Assembly (NCBI GenBank): GCA_965261595.1
Contig: CBDHDG010000001.1
Location: 159,085 to 223,084, forward strand
DNA length: 64,000 bases
Reading direction: 5' to 3'
From: a bacterium
Lineage (GTDB): Bacteria; UBA8248; JACPRG01; G963555815
How positions within the stretch are numbered: the first letter of the stretch is position 1; each line of letters starts with the position of its first letter. The notes under the pieces were generated by a model. It made no database searches. It saw only the letters and a list, made by a program, of their open reading frames with translations, and had not been told where the DNA came from. Both the position numbers and the translations under genes were made by a program. Of this stretch, positions 9,785 through 20,540 are shown in pieces.

Positions 9785-12174
9785 ATGGATTCCTGGACGA
9801 CGATCCTGGATTGGCTCTCGAAGCTCGGGGATCGCACACTCTCCGAGCTGATCGGCATCGGTCTGGCCGTTCTCGCGGTCCTCATGTGGGTGTTCTACCG
9901 GTCCCTCCATTGGATCAAAAACCTGCGTCGCGCGGCGCCCGCGGCGCCATCCCCGGCCTTCCCCAGGATTATCAACCCCGAGATCAGGACCTGGACCCGC
10001 TCAAGAAAGAAATCCTCAACGGGTCCCGACGGCCGGTCGGCGTCGTCGGGGCGTCCCGCGGCGCGAGCCAGCGAGGGATGGGCGGCATCGAAAAATCCGT
10101 CATGGCCGCCGCGCTGGCCCGGGACCGGGAGGTGAAAAAGGCGTTTCCCCAGGGCGTGTTTTGGTTGTCGTTCGGCCGGCAGGCCCGGGAAGCGGACAAA
10201 CGCTCGGAGTTTCTCCGGGCGCTGGGCGAGCCCGAGACGGCTTCCGGCAATCCGCGGGAGGACCGGACCCGTATCGCCGAAGCGACGGCGGGCCGCGATT
10301 GTCTCGTGGTCCTGGACGATGTCCGGACGCCCGGGGACGCGGAAGCCTTCACCCCCCTGGGCGGAAAGAGCCGGCTGCTCGTAACGACCCGCGACGACGC
10401 CGTCCTGGAGAAGATCCAAGCCCAACCCTTCCGGCTCGCCCAACTTTCGCCGGGAAAGTCCCTGTCCCTGTTGGCGGGCATCACCCGGCAGGGGGCGGAA
10501 ACCCTGCCCGCCGAAGCCGGCGACCTCGCAAGGGAATGCGGGCGCCTTCCGCTGGCGTTGACCTTGGTCGGGCGGCTCATTCGCGGCGGCCGGCTCACCT
10601 GGAAAGGCGCGCTGGAGCGTTTGCGCAAGATGGACATCGGCCCGCTGGCCGGCCCGGCGCTCGAACATGAGCATCCGGGGGTCCTGGCGGCCCTTCAGCT
10701 TAGTGTGGAAGAGCTCTCCAACATGGAAAAAGGCGCTTTCCTCGACTGCGCCGTGTTTCCGGAGAACGTGGCCATTCCCGAATCCGCCCTCATGACCCTG
10801 TGGCCGAACCGCTCGTCCCATCCGAAAGAGCTCGCCCATCTCGCGCAACAACTGGTCAACCGCTCACTGCTTCAAAGGGATGGTCCGGACAGGTTTCGGA
10901 TTCAAAACCTCTTTCACGACTACCTCCTCGCCACATGCGCGAATCCGCCCGCCCTCCACCGGGGGCTGCTGCGCGCCTATGCAGGCCGCTGCCCACGCGG
11001 CTGGCCCAGCGGCCCGGACGACGGGTATTTCTTTCAGCGCCTCCTCTATCACCTCGCCCAAGCGGGCGAAACCCGGACCCTGCGCGCCCTGCTGCTCGAT
11101 TACGACTGGATCGCGGCCCGGCTGAAGGCGGGGGGGGTGTCGGCCGTCCTCGGCGACTATGAAGCGGCGGCGGACGACGACGAAGACCTGCGCCTGGTCC
11201 GGCAGACCCTCAACCTCTCCGCTCCACTCCTCGCCCTGGACCCGGACTCATTGGCCTCCGAGCTTATCAGCCACCTTCACGATTCCGGCCGGGAGGATAT
11301 CGACGTCCTGGTCGCGAAGGCCGCACAGGCCCTGGGCGCTTCCCTGCTCCAAGCCGAAGAGGCTTCACCGCCCCCGCCGGGCGGGCCCCTCATTCAGACC
11401 CTGAAAGGCCACGCCGCCACGGTCACGGCGGTGGCGGTCCTGGACAGCGGGCGCGCCATCTCCGCATCCATCGACAACACCCTCAGGCTCTGGGACCTGG
11501 ATATGGGCGAGACCCTGGAGGTCTTCGAAGGGCATTCCGGCTGGGTCACGGCCGTGGCCGCCCTGGACGGCGAGCGCGCCATCTCCGCGTCATACGACAA
11601 CACCCTCAGACTCTGGGATCTAGAATTCGGGGAACCCCTCACGATCTTTCATGGCCATCCGGATTGGGTCCGGGCGGTCGCTGTCCTGAACGGCGGCCGC
11701 GCCCTCTCCGCATCCGACGACCACACGCTCAGGCTCTGGGACATCGAGTCCGGAGAGACCCTGAGGATCCTCGAGGGGCATGCGGGTCCGGTCAGGACGG
11801 TGGCAGTCCTGGACGACCATCGCGCCATCTTCGGGTCGGTCGACAACACGCTCAGGGTCTGGGACATCGAGTCGGGAAAAACCTTGAGGATCTTCGAGGG
11901 ACATTCGCACCCGATCAGGGCGGTGGCGGTCCTGGACGGAGAGCGGGCCATCTCCGCGTCCGATGACAACACCCTCATGATCTGGGAGCTGACACCCGAA
12001 TCACCACGCCTGAACCCCGAAGGGCAAGCGGAGCCTTTCCGCGCCCCGCCCCCCCTTGAATGGCGGACACGCCGACTTCACTCCCGACCACCCCTTCGGC
12101 CTCCGGGGTGTGAAGAGCGGGGAGGGGTGATCCCATCGTTCCACGGCTACGGGACGGGGGAACAGTCCAATTAG
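9785..12174 (+). CDS. Apaf-1-like STAND protein: N-terminal TM helix + NB-ARC + helical domain + WD40 repeats (frameshift ~9917-9945)
   Basis: TM segment LIGIGLAVLAVLMWVFY in frame 9785; GMGGIEKS, LVVLDDV, LLVTTRD, GRLPLAL, YFFQRLLYHL and GH...WD repeats in frame 9700. Confidence 0.85.
11401..12015 (+). repeat. Five tandem 123-bp WD40-coding repeats (degenerate sixth from 12016)
   Basis: Repeat starts at 11401, 11524, 11647, 11770, 11893; 41-aa units xEGH...AVLD...ISASxDNTLRLWD. Confidence 0.9.
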
Positions 12175-12195
12175 CCGCGCGGCGGGCCGGTTTCC

Positions 12196-12223
12196 TTGAC
12201 TTGCCCCCTGCCCGGCCTATAAT
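12196..12223 (+). promoter_or_regulatory. Sigma70-type promoter
   Basis: TTGACT-16 nt-TATAAT upstream of small ORF and tRNA-Met. Confidence 0.65.
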
Positions 12224-12304
12224 GTCAGCCTTGGCTGATTTTACGAGTCGAGCGAACCCTCACCGCATAAACGTCCCCTGGCCCGTCGGATTGAACGAAA
12301 CCCC

Positions 12305-12460
12305 ATGAGACGCGAAATCGAAGCGGCCGTACTCATCGTCTTCGTCTATGTCTGTACAATCGCCGGCATCAAGATTGGAGATCTGAATTACAAGGTCTTT
12401 CTCTTTCTGATGGCCGGCATGTTCGCGCTCGCCCTCTTCAGGCCCAGGCGCCAACCCTAG
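12305..12460 (+). CDS. 51-aa two-helix membrane microprotein (not in ORF track)
   Basis: MRREIEAAVLIVFVYVCTIAGIKIGDLNYKVFLFLMAGMFALALFRPRRQP; two hydrophobic segments, basic ends, downstream of a consensus promoter. Confidence 0.55.
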   Translation: MRREIEAAVLIVFVYVCTIAGIKIGDLNYKVFLFLMAGMFALALFRPRRQP

Positions 12461-12508
12461 GGCCCATCTCCCGGGGAAAGCGCGCGTCCGAGGAAGAGAT
12501 CCGCCCAA

Positions 12509-12585
12509 GGCGGTGTAGCTCAGTTGGTTAGAGCATGCGGCTCATATCCGCAGTGTCCGGGGTTCGAATCCCTGCACCGCCACCA
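12509..12585 (+). tRNA. tRNA-Met (CAT), probably elongator
   Basis: ggcggtgtagctcagttggttagagca-tgcgg-ctCATat-ccgca...gttcgaatc...cgccaCCA; paired G1-C72 and no GGG/CCC anticodon stem (not fMet); G4,G5 rather than Ile2-type C4,C5. Confidence 0.93.
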
Positions 12586-12675
12586 CTTTTCTTGTTTTTT
12601 AACAGGAAGATCCGGGCTTCGACCCTTTCGCCTCGCCGAACCCGGCCCGGCCGGCGAAGCGCCTCGAGGGACGCC

Positions 12676-14151
12676 GTGCACCCATTCCTGGCGTCAATGC
12701 TGAAAACCGTTGAGAAGTACAGGATGTTTCGTCCCGGAGAAAAAATCCTGGTCGGCGCATCCGGCGGACCGGATTCGGTCTCCCTTCTCCACGGTCTGCG
12801 GACTTGTTTCGGCGACCGCCTCAACCTCGTCGCGGTCCACATTCATCATGGCCTGCGCGGAGAGGAGGCCGACTCGGACGCCTCGTGGGTGCGGGAGTTT
12901 TGCGAGTCCTTGGGCGTCGAATGCCTCACCCGGAACATCGAACCCGACGGGTGGTCGGCCCCTCCGCAAGAATCCGTTCAGATGCGGGCCCGGAAGCTGA
13001 GATACGGGATCTTCGAGACGCTGGTCCGTGAGCGGGGCGCCGACCGCCTGGCCCTCGGGCACACCGCGGACGACCAGGCTGAAACCGTCCTGCTCAACCT
13101 GATTCGCGGCCCCGGCCGGCCGGGGCTTGCGGGCATCCCGCCCCTCCGGCCCATCGCGCGGGCAGGGGGGGCCACCGTCATCCGCCCCCTCATCGAGACC
13201 TCCCGCGAGCTGATTTTTCGGCGCCTACGGGAAGAACAAATCTCTTACCGCGAAGATTCGAGCAACCAATCCGACCGATATCTGAGAAACCGGATCCGGC
13301 GACACCTGATTCCCGAGCTCGCGTCTTACAACCCGGGCATCCGGGATGCACTCGGGCGGACGGCGGAGATCCTGCGTGCCGAGGAGTCGTGGATGGAGTC
13401 GGAGGAAACGCGCGCGTTGAGCTCCATCACCCTGCCCCCGGACAAAGAAGGGTTCAGCGTTTCAATCCCGCGACTTCTGGGGCTTCCCCTGGCGCTTCAA
13501 AGGCGTGTAACAATTAGAATTTTAAGGGGCGCCGCGTTTACAGCGGTAGGCTTCGACCACGTTGAAACCCTCCTGGCTCACGTTCGGGATTCCGCGCGCG
13601 GAGGTCCGGGGGGCGAAAGGCGCATCTGCCTCCCCGGCGGAGTCGCCGCGATCCTGGAGAGGGAAACCATCCGTTTTCTCCCGGAAGACGCGACGGCGCC
13701 TCCCGACATCGAACGGATGCGGAGCGGATGGGGGCTTCCCGTCCCCGGCATGACGGAACTGGCCCCTTGGGGCATCCGGATGGAGACCGCCCTGTCCTCC
13801 TCCGGGGAGGACCCCTCTCCCCCCCCCCTCCCCTCTTCGATTCACGAGGCGCATCTGGACCTCGATTTGACGGGAACCGCGCTCTCGGTCCGGTCCCGGC
13901 GTCCGGGCGACCGTTTTCGCCCCCTGGGACTCGGCGGGACGAAAAAGATCCAAGACTTTCTGGTGGACGCCCGAGTCCCCAAACGCCGCCGGGATCACGT
14001 CCCCCTGCTGGTGACCGAAACGGGCGAAATCGCGTGGATCATCGGGCATCGAATCGACGACCGGTTCAAAATCCGGGCCGGCACCAAACGGGTCCTGCGG
14101 CTCAAAGCCACCCCCATCGATCGTCCCGAAGAACCGGCGGCGGAAAATTGA
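12676..14151 (+). CDS. tilS: tRNA(Ile)-lysidine synthetase
   Basis: SGGPDS, HIHHGLR, GHTADDQAET, EDSSN...RNRIR, C-terminal KKIQDFLVD; start inferred. Confidence 0.96.
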   Translation: MHPFLASMLKTVEKYRMFRPGEKILVGASGGPDSVSLLHGLRTCFGDRLNLVAVHIHHGLRGEEADSDASWVREFCESLGVECLTRNIEPDGWSAPPQESVQMRARKLRYGIFETLVRERGADRLALGHTADDQAETVLLNLIRGPGRPGLAGIPPLRPIARAGGATVIRPLIETSRELIFRRLREEQISYREDSSNQSDRYLRNRIRRHLIPELASYNPGIRDALGRTAEILRAEESWMESEETRALSSITLPPDKEGFSVSIPRLLGLPLALQRRVTIRILRGAAFTAVGFDHVETLLAHVRDSARGGPGGERRICLPGGVAAILERETIRFLPEDATAPPDIERMRSGWGLPVPGMTELAPWGIRMETALSSSGEDPSPPPLPSSIHEAHLDLDLTGTALSVRSRRPGDRFRPLGLGGTKKIQDFLVDARVPKRRRDHVPLLVTETGEIAWIIGHRIDDRFKIRAGTKRVLRLKATPIDRPEEPAAEN

Positions 14152-14275
14152 GGTTGAAAAGACCACGCTGAGACCCTAAGCTGAATAGGGGGTCATCTCT
14201 CGACTTTTCCGGCCATGGAAGTCAGGGCGCATCGAGATCCGCAGCCCTTGGACCCGGACCGAGGAGAAGGGCAGG

Positions 14276-16195
14276 TTGAATCAATTCTATCGAAATCTGG
14301 CGTTATGGCTCGTGATCGGCTTGATCATGATCGCTATCTTCCAGTTGTTCCGCCCTCAAACCCGCGCGAGCGATATCGGCTACAGCGAGTTCGTTCGGGC
14401 GATCGAGGAACAACGCATCCTGGAAGTCGTCATCCAGGGGGAAAACATCCGCGGCCGTTACCTGGACGGGAAACCGTTCCGCACCTACGTGCCCAAAGAC
14501 AACACCCTGGTCCCGCTCATGAGGAAAAAGGGGGTCAACATCCGGGTGCAGCCGCCCGACCAGGGGTCCTGGTACACCAACCTGCTCCTGTCCTGGCTGC
14601 CGATGCTGCTTCTGTTGGGCGTGTGGATCTTCTTCATGCGCCAGATGCAGGCGGGCGGAACCAAGGCCCTGTCGTTCGGGAAAAGCCGGGCGCGCCTCAC
14701 GGACCAGAAATCCAAGGTCACGTTCGCCGACGTGGCGGGCGTCGATGAAGCGAAAGAAGAGCTGCAGGAGATCATCGATTTCCTCAAAGACCCTCAGAAA
14801 TTCCAGCGACTGGGCGGGAAAATTCCGAAGGGCGTCCTCCTGATGGGCGCCCCGGGCACCGGAAAAACACTGATGGCGCGGGCGATCGCCGGCGAGGCCT
14901 CAGTCCCGTTTTTCACCATCAGCGGCTCGGATTTTGTTGAAATGTTCGTGGGCGTCGGGGCCTCGCGGGTCCGCGACCTGTTCGAGCAGGGGAAAAAACA
15001 CGCCCCCTGCATCGTCTTCATCGACGAGATTGACGCGGTGGGGCGGCATCGGGGCGCCGGCCTGGGCGGCGGTCACGACGAACGGGAGCAGACCCTGAAC
15101 CAGCTCCTGGTCGAGATGGACGGTTTCGAGAGCAGTGAAGGGGTCATCCTGATCGCCGCCACCAACCGGCCGGACGTGCTCGACCCGGCCCTGCTTCGGC
15201 CCGGGCGCTTCGACCGCCGGGTTATCGTTCCGCATCCTGACATCAAGGGCCGTCTGGGCATCCTCAAGGTGCACAGCAAGAACGTCCCGATGACGGAGAA
15301 CCTGGACCTCGAAATCCTTGCCAGGGGAACGCCCGGCTTCTCGGGAGCGGATCTGGCCAACCTCGTGAACGAGGCGGCGCTCTACGCCGCCGGCCAGGGG
15401 AAAAAGTTCGTCGCGATTGACGACATGGAGTACGCCAAAGACAAGGTCATGATGGGCAAAGAGCGGCGCAGTCTGGTCATCAGTGACGAGGAAAAGCGCG
15501 TGACGGCCGTTCACGAGGCCGGCCACGCCCTGGTGTCGAAGAAGGTTCCGGGCAGCGACCCGCTCCACAAGGTGACCATCATCCCCAGAGGGATGGCCCT
15601 GGGTCTGACCCACGCCCTGCCCGTCGAAGACCGCTACAACCGCGATAAAGCCTTCCTCCTCGGGGAAATCGCCATCCTCATGGGCGGACGGGCGGCCGAA
15701 GCCGTCATCCTGGACCAGCAAAGCCAGGGCGCGGCCAACGACATCGAGCGCGCCACCCAGCAGGCCCGGAAAATGGTCTGCGAATGGGGCATGAGCGAGC
15801 GGTTGGGGCCGCTGGCCTTCGGCAAAGAAGACGAAATGATCTTCCTCGGCAGAGAGATCCAGCGTCACAAAGATTACAGCGAGAAGACCGCCGAGGCGAT
15901 CGACGCGGCGATCAAGCGCATCGTCATCGAAAGCTACGACCGGGCGAACAAGATCATCCGGGAAAACCGCGCCGCCCTGGAGGCCATCACCGAAGCCCTG
16001 ATGGAAAGGGAATCCATCAACGGCGATGAAGTGGGCTTGCTGATTCGGGGTGAGAAACTGCCCCCGATTTCCATCGAACCGGAACCGAAGGACAATGCGG
16101 GAGAAGAGAGGTCCCAGGAGGACTCGGAAGCGCCCTCGAAACCCCCCGTTCCCGAAAGAATTCCGCCGGGTCCGCCCAGCGAGCAACCCGCGTAA
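14276..16195 (+). CDS. ftsH: ATP-dependent zinc metalloprotease FtsH
   Basis: Two TM segments, [39 protein letters not shown]. Confidence 0.98.
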   Translation: MNQFYRNLALWLVIGLIMIAIFQLFRPQTRASDIGYSEFVRAIEEQRILEVVIQGENIRGRYLDGKPFRTYVPKDNTLVPLMRKKGVNIRVQPPDQGSWYTNLLLSWLPMLLLLGVWIFFMRQMQAGGTKALSFGKSRARLTDQKSKVTFADVAGVDEAKEELQEIIDFLKDPQKFQRLGGKIPKGVLLMGAPGTGKTLMARAIAGEASVPFFTISGSDFVEMFVGVGASRVRDLFEQGKKHAPCIVFIDEIDAVGRHRGAGLGGGHDEREQTLNQLLVEMDGFESSEGVILIAATNRPDVLDPALLRPGRFDRRVIVPHPDIKGRLGILKVHSKNVPMTENLDLEILARGTPGFSGADLANLVNEAALYAAGQGKKFVAIDDMEYAKDKVMMGKERRSLVISDEEKRVTAVHEAGHALVSKKVPGSDPLHKVTIIPRGMALGLTHALPVEDRYNRDKAFLLGEIAILMGGRAAEAVILDQQSQGAANDIERATQQARKMVCEWGMSERLGPLAFGKEDEMIFLGREIQRHKDYSEKTAEAIDAAIKRIVIESYDRANKIIRENRAALEAITEALMERESINGDEVGLLIRGEKLPPISIEPEPKDNAGEERSQEDSEAPSKPPVPERIPPGPPSEQPA

Positions 16196-16276
16196 AGACA
16201 AGGGCGGGCCGTCCGCCCGCACCCTGAAGAAGGGCGATGTTTCGCCCCCCCCCCCGCTGAACCTTGCCTGATCCCG

Positions 16277-17023
16277 ATGGCTCACCTCTGTGTCAATGTA
16301 GACCACATCGCAACCATCCGGCAGGCCCGCCGGACGGTGGAGCCCGATCCCGTCTGGGCGGCCGTTCAGGCGGAGCTGGCCGGCGCCGTCGGCATCACCG
16401 TCCATCTTCGCGAGGATCGCCGCCACATCCAGGACCGGGACGTCCGGCTTCTGCGGGAGTCCGTGCGGGGGAAGCTCAATTTAGAAATGGCGGCCGTCGA
16501 AGAGATGCGCCGATTCGCCCTGGACGTCAAGCCGGACCAGGCCTCCCTGGTCCCCGAAAAGCGCGAGGAACTCACGACGGAAGGCGGCCTGGAGGCGGCC
16601 GGGCAGGAGCGCAGGCTCAAGGAATTCGTCTCGACATTGCGCGGAGAGGGGATTCCGGTCAGTTTGTTCATCGACCCGGACCCGAAACAAATTGACGCGG
16701 CCCGCCGCCTCGGCGCGGACTTCATCGAGATCAACACCGCCGCGTACTCCGAGGCCAAAACCCCGGCGGCGGCGGGCGCGGAGATCGCCGTCATCCTGGC
16801 GGGCGTGACGCGGGCCCGCCAAGCGGGTCTGGGCGTCCACGCCGGCCACGGCCTCACCTACCTCAACGTCGTCCGCATCGCCGCGATTCCTGAAATCTCG
16901 GAGTTGAACATCGGTCACAGCATCGTTTCCCGCGCCGTCTTCTCGGGCATGGAGATGGCCGTCCGGGACATGATGACCCTGATCGAGAACGCCTCCTCTG
17001 AACCCGACCCCTCCCTTGAATAA
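16277..17023 (+). CDS. pdxJ: Pyridoxine 5'-phosphate synthase
   Basis: [36 protein letters not shown]. Confidence 0.97.
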   Translation: MAHLCVNVDHIATIRQARRTVEPDPVWAAVQAELAGAVGITVHLREDRRHIQDRDVRLLRESVRGKLNLEMAAVEEMRRFALDVKPDQASLVPEKREELTTEGGLEAAGQERRLKEFVSTLRGEGIPVSLFIDPDPKQIDAARRLGADFIEINTAAYSEAKTPAAAGAEIAVILAGVTRARQAGLGVHAGHGLTYLNVVRIAAIPEISELNIGHSIVSRAVFSGMEMAVRDMMTLIENASSEPDPSLE

Positions 17024-17027
17024 CGCC

Positions 17028-18617
17028 ATGTCTTCGCTGTTGGTGACCTCGGCGGAGATGGCGGCGATCGACCGCCGAACCATCCGGGAGTTCGGCCTCC
17101 CGGGCGTCCACCTGATGGAGAACGCGGGCGTGTGCGTCGTCCGGGCCATGTCCGAGCGATACGGAGACATGCGGGGCCGGCGGGTGGGCGTCCTCGCCGG
17201 GAAGGGGAATAACGCCGGGGACGGCTACGTGATCGCCCGCCACCTCCACAACCTGGGCGCGCGGGTCGAGATTTATTGCCTGTTCGACCCGGAAAGCGCG
17301 CAAGGCGACGCCCGCGTCCACCTGGATTCGGCTCGCGCGATGGAAATCCCCCTGCGCGTCATCGCCGACGAGGCCGCCCTTCAGGGGGTTGCGGAGGATT
17401 GGGCGCGCGTAGGGCTCTGGGTGGACGGCGTGTTCGGCACGGGCCTTTCGTCCCCGCCGCGCGGGCACGTCGCCTCCGCGCTGGCCGCCCTGTCCGGCGC
17501 CGCGGCGCCCGTGACGGCCATCGACATCCCCTCCGGCCTGGACGCCGACGCGGGAAGACCCCTGGGGGAGGCCGTGCGGGCCGATCTCACCGTTACCTTC
17601 GGGTTTCCCAAACGGGGCCACATCCTTCATCCCGGTCCCGACTGGACGGGAGCGTTGATTGTCGCCGACATCGGCATCCCGGCCGCGGCGGCTGAAAGCC
17701 AAGGCGTGCGGACATATCTTCTGGAGTCTCGGGATGCGGCCGCGCTATTTCCCTCTTACCCGGGAGACGCCCACAAGGGGACATTCGGTCACGTTCTGGT
17801 CGTGGCGGGCTCGACCGGAAAGATGGGGGCGGCTTACCTCGCCGCCGAGGGCGCGCTTCGGGCCGGCGCGGGTCTGGTCACGCTGGCGCACCCCGAGGGG
17901 GCCGCCACGCTCGCTCCGGCCCCGCCCGAAATCATGAGCCTCCCCCTGCCCTCCACCGACCGGGGGACGTTTGCCCGAAACGCCGTTCCGCCCGGCCTCG
18001 AGGCCGCCTCTTCCATGGATGCCGTCGTCCTGGGTCCGGGCCTGACGACCCATGAGGAAACCGTCGCCTTCGTCCACGGATGGATTTCACGGTGTCCGAA
18101 GCCGCTTGTGGTGGACGCGGACGGATTGAACGCCTTGTCCTCGGGCTTCAGGGGTTGGGGGGATGTTTCCGTCCCCCTCTGCCTGACCCCCCATCCCGGT
18201 GAATTTTCGCGCCTGTCGGGATGCGCCCTCCGCGAGGTTCAAGCGGACCGCATCGAGAACGCCCGGTCCTTCGCCCGGGACCGCGGGCTGCATCTCGCCC
18301 TCAAGGGGGCGGGGACGGTCCTGGCCTCTCCAGAGGGCGAGGTCTGGGTCAATACGAGCGGCAACCCGGGATTGGCGACGGGCGGGACCGGGGATGTCCT
18401 GGCCGGCGCAGCCGGCGCGCTTCTGGCGCAAGGACTGCCGATTTACGACGCGATTCGCGCGGCCGTCCACCTGCAAGGCCTTGCGGGGGACTTGTGCGCG
18501 GAGGCAATCGGGAGGCGGGGCTACCTGGCGTCCGACGTAGCGGCCCGTCTTCCGGCGGCGCGGGAGGTTCTGCTGACCGGGAGACATCCCGGCCGGTCGG
18601 CCGGAGAGCGAGGATGA
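17028..18617 (+). CDS. nnr: Bifunctional NAD(P)H-hydrate epimerase/dehydratase
   Basis: LMENAG, GKGNNAGDG, DIPSG, HKGTFG, VVDADGL, LTPHPGEF, ATGGTGDVLAG. Confidence 0.95.
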   Translation: MSSLLVTSAEMAAIDRRTIREFGLPGVHLMENAGVCVVRAMSERYGDMRGRRVGVLAGKGNNAGDGYVIARHLHNLGARVEIYCLFDPESAQGDARVHLDSARAMEIPLRVIADEAALQGVAEDWARVGLWVDGVFGTGLSSPPRGHVASALAALSGAAAPVTAIDIPSGLDADAGRPLGEAVRADLTVTFGFPKRGHILHPGPDWTGALIVADIGIPAAAAESQGVRTYLLESRDAAALFPSYPGDAHKGTFGHVLVVAGSTGKMGAAYLAAEGALRAGAGLVTLAHPEGAATLAPAPPEIMSLPLPSTDRGTFARNAVPPGLEAASSMDAVVLGPGLTTHEETVAFVHGWISRCPKPLVVDADGLNALSSGFRGWGDVSVPLCLTPHPGEFSRLSGCALREVQADRIENARSFARDRGLHLALKGAGTVLASPEGEVWVNTSGNPGLATGGTGDVLAGAAGALLAQGLPIYDAIRAAVHLQGLAGDLCAEAIGRRGYLASDVAARLPAAREVLLTGRHPGRSAGERG

Positions 18618-19153
18618 CGGGCCGGGCGCGCCGCGCGGAGACCCGTGCTTGCGAAAGCGCTTCGTCCGGGAAGGAGCAGGTCGTCACGGTTCGATCGGAA
18701 GGCCCGGAGGAGACGATCGAGCTGGGCAGGGCCGTAGGGAGATGCCTCGCGCCCGGGCACGTACTTTGCATCACAGGATCATTGGGCTCGGGAAAGACTC
18801 TCTTCACCCGGGGGATCGTTGAAGGAATCCGCGGGGACTCCAAGGGCGTAAGAAGCCCTTCATTCACCCTGGTGAACGAATACCCGGGGCCGATCCTCGT
18901 CCATCACGTGGACCTTTACCGGCTTGGTCCCGGAGAAGCGATTTTCGAGCTGGGTCTGGAAGAGATCCTGGATTCAGATTCGGGCGCGGTGATCGTTGAA
19001 TGGGGGGAGAAGCTCGGCGATCTCGCCCCGGCCGATCGCCTGGCCGTCCGAATCGAAGTGCGGGGACCGGAGTCGAGAAGGTTTCGGTTTCAGGCTCATG
19101 GTCCAAAACACGGTTCCGTCCTGCGCGCCCTGCCGGGGGACCGGGGGAGCTGA
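18614..19153 (+). CDS. tsaE: t6A biosynthesis ATPase TsaE
   Basis: GSLGSGKT, SPSFTLVNEY, HVDLYRL, IVEWG; ATGA overlap with nnr. Confidence 0.93.
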   Translation: MTGRARRAETRACESASSGKEQVVTVRSEGPEETIELGRAVGRCLAPGHVLCITGSLGSGKTLFTRGIVEGIRGDSKGVRSPSFTLVNEYPGPILVHHVDLYRLGPGEAIFELGLEEILDSDSGAVIVEWGEKLGDLAPADRLAVRIEVRGPESRRFRFQAHGPKHGSVLRALPGDRGS

Positions 19154-19251
19154 AATCATCAACACCCGGGAGTCGTCGATGAGGGGGATTCGCACCACAT
19201 CGCTTCCTTTCACCCAAACCGCGACGCCTTATCCAATAGGGCCTTTGCGCC

Positions 19252-19280
19252 TTTACACAAATCAAACTTTGTGCCATAAT
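19252..19280 (+). promoter_or_regulatory. Sigma70-type promoter for lptCAB-rpoN
   Basis: TTTACA-17 nt-CATAAT with extended TG. Confidence 0.55.
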
Positions 19281-19305
19281 AAGCGTAAGAGGAGCTTTTT
19301 GTTCA

Positions 19306-19902
19306 ATGTCGTACGTAAAGAGCATTCGCTTTTGGCTTCTTTTGCTCATCGGGTCTGTTCTGGCCAGCGTTGCATTCTTCCTTTCAACCAACAACCGCGT
19401 GCGTGTGATGCCCAAGCGGTTCGAGCTATCGGGCACCGATGCGGACCTGCGAATCAAGGATGTGTTCCTGACCGAAAACAAGCGGGGAACCAAGGCTTGG
19501 GAACTCAAAGCGGAATGGGCGCGGATGTACCGGGAGAAGGGCAAGACGATCTTTGAAGACCTTCGCGTAAAAGTATTTGTTAAGGGCCGAAAACCGATAC
19601 ACATTACGGGAGAAGGGGGAGAGCTGGATAACGCGAAGAAAGACATTCGGATTCGGGGAAACGTAGAAGTCGTCTCGGAGGATGGCTTCACGCTTCGTAC
19701 GGAGGAGTTGGTCTGGCGCAACGAAGAACGGGAGATCGTCACGGAGAAGCCCGTATGGATCGCGAGCAAGACGTTGAGGCTGAGCGGCAAGGGATTGCGC
19801 GTCAAGGTGGACACCCAGCAATTCTGGCTTCAAGGGGAGGTGAAAGCCAACCTGAGGCCCGTCGCCATGAAAGATTGGCGAATCGCGGAAAATCGAAAAT
19901 GA
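19306..19902 (+). CDS. lptC: LPS export protein LptC
   Basis: N-terminal TM, WELKAEWA, LRTEELVW, GKGL beta-jellyroll pattern; precedes lptA-lptB. Confidence 0.85.
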   Translation: MSYVKSIRFWLLLLIGSVLASVAFFLSTNNRVRVMPKRFELSGTDADLRIKDVFLTENKRGTKAWELKAEWARMYREKGKTIFEDLRVKVFVKGRKPIHITGEGGELDNAKKDIRIRGNVEVVSEDGFTLRTEELVWRNEEREIVTEKPVWIASKTLRLSGKGLRVKVDTQQFWLQGEVKANLRPVAMKDWRIAENRK

Positions 19903-20540
19903 GATGGGTTCGAGTTATCAAAATATTGGTTGGATTCGCGGCCATTCTGCCCTGGCTTGCCGCCCAAGCCCCGCCGGCGGCGCTTGCCCAAAGCGTCACC
20001 GAGGGCTTTCTCAAGAAAAAAGGCGGGAAAGACGACGTGGCGATCCATGTCGTCTCCGACCGCATGGTGGCCGACAACAAGAACCAGTGGGTTCATTTCA
20101 TCGGAAATGTGACGACCACCCGGGGGGACCTCGTGATTCACAGCGACCGCCTTGAAGTCTACCGAAACCTGAAAACGGAGAAAATCGATCGAATCGAGGC
20201 CATCGGCCGGGTGGACATCAGCCGGGGGACCAAATACGCCACCGCGGACAAAGCGATCTTTTACGAGACAGAGCAGAAGATCGTCCTGTTGGGCAACCCC
20301 AAGGCTTGGGAAAACGACAACATCATCGTCGGCCACAAGATGAATTTTTACCTGAAAACCGACCAGTTGATTGTAGAGGGGGATTCCAACCGACGTGTCG
20401 ACGTCGTCCTGTATCCCACCAAGGAGAAAAAACGCAATCGAAGCAATCGTTCATCCGATAACAAGAGGACACCAGCGTCCAAAGCCCTCGGGAATGGAAA
20501 GGGCTCAGCCCAACCCAAACGGGCGGCTAGCGACCCGTAG
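19899..20540 (+). CDS. lptA: LPS transport periplasmic protein LptA
   Basis: Signal peptide, [23 protein letters not shown] OstA-like pattern. Confidence 0.87.
   Translation: MRWVRVIKILVGFAAILPWLAAQAPPAALAQSVTEGFLKKKGGKDDVAIHVVSDRMVADNKNQWVHFIGNVTTTRGDLVIHSDRLEVYRNLKTEKIDRIEAIGRVDISRGTKYATADKAIFYETEQKIVLLGNPKAWENDNIIVGHKMNFYLKTDQLIVEGDSNRRVDVVLYPTKEKKRNRSNRSSDNKRTPASKALGNGKGSAQPKRAASDP

Noticed and set aside
11401..12015. WD40 (and TPR) repeats as CRISPR or DGR template/variable repeats
   Set aside because: They are in-frame protein-coding repeats; there is no reverse transcriptase and no evident adenine-specific variation
12509..12585. CAT-anticodon tRNA beside tilS as its tRNA-Ile2 substrate
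   Set aside because: The acceptor stem GGCGGTG lacks the C4/C5 TilS determinants and resembles elongator tRNA-Met; a tRNAscan-SE isotype model would settle it
1467..12585. tRNA-targeted integrative island or prophage between the two tRNAs
   Set aside because: No integrase in the interval and no duplicated tRNA 3' end found by eye
14152..14180. Sigma32-like promoter upstream of ftsH (ggttgaaa-N-ccctaa)
   Set aside because: The -10 match is weak and cannot be supported from sequence alone
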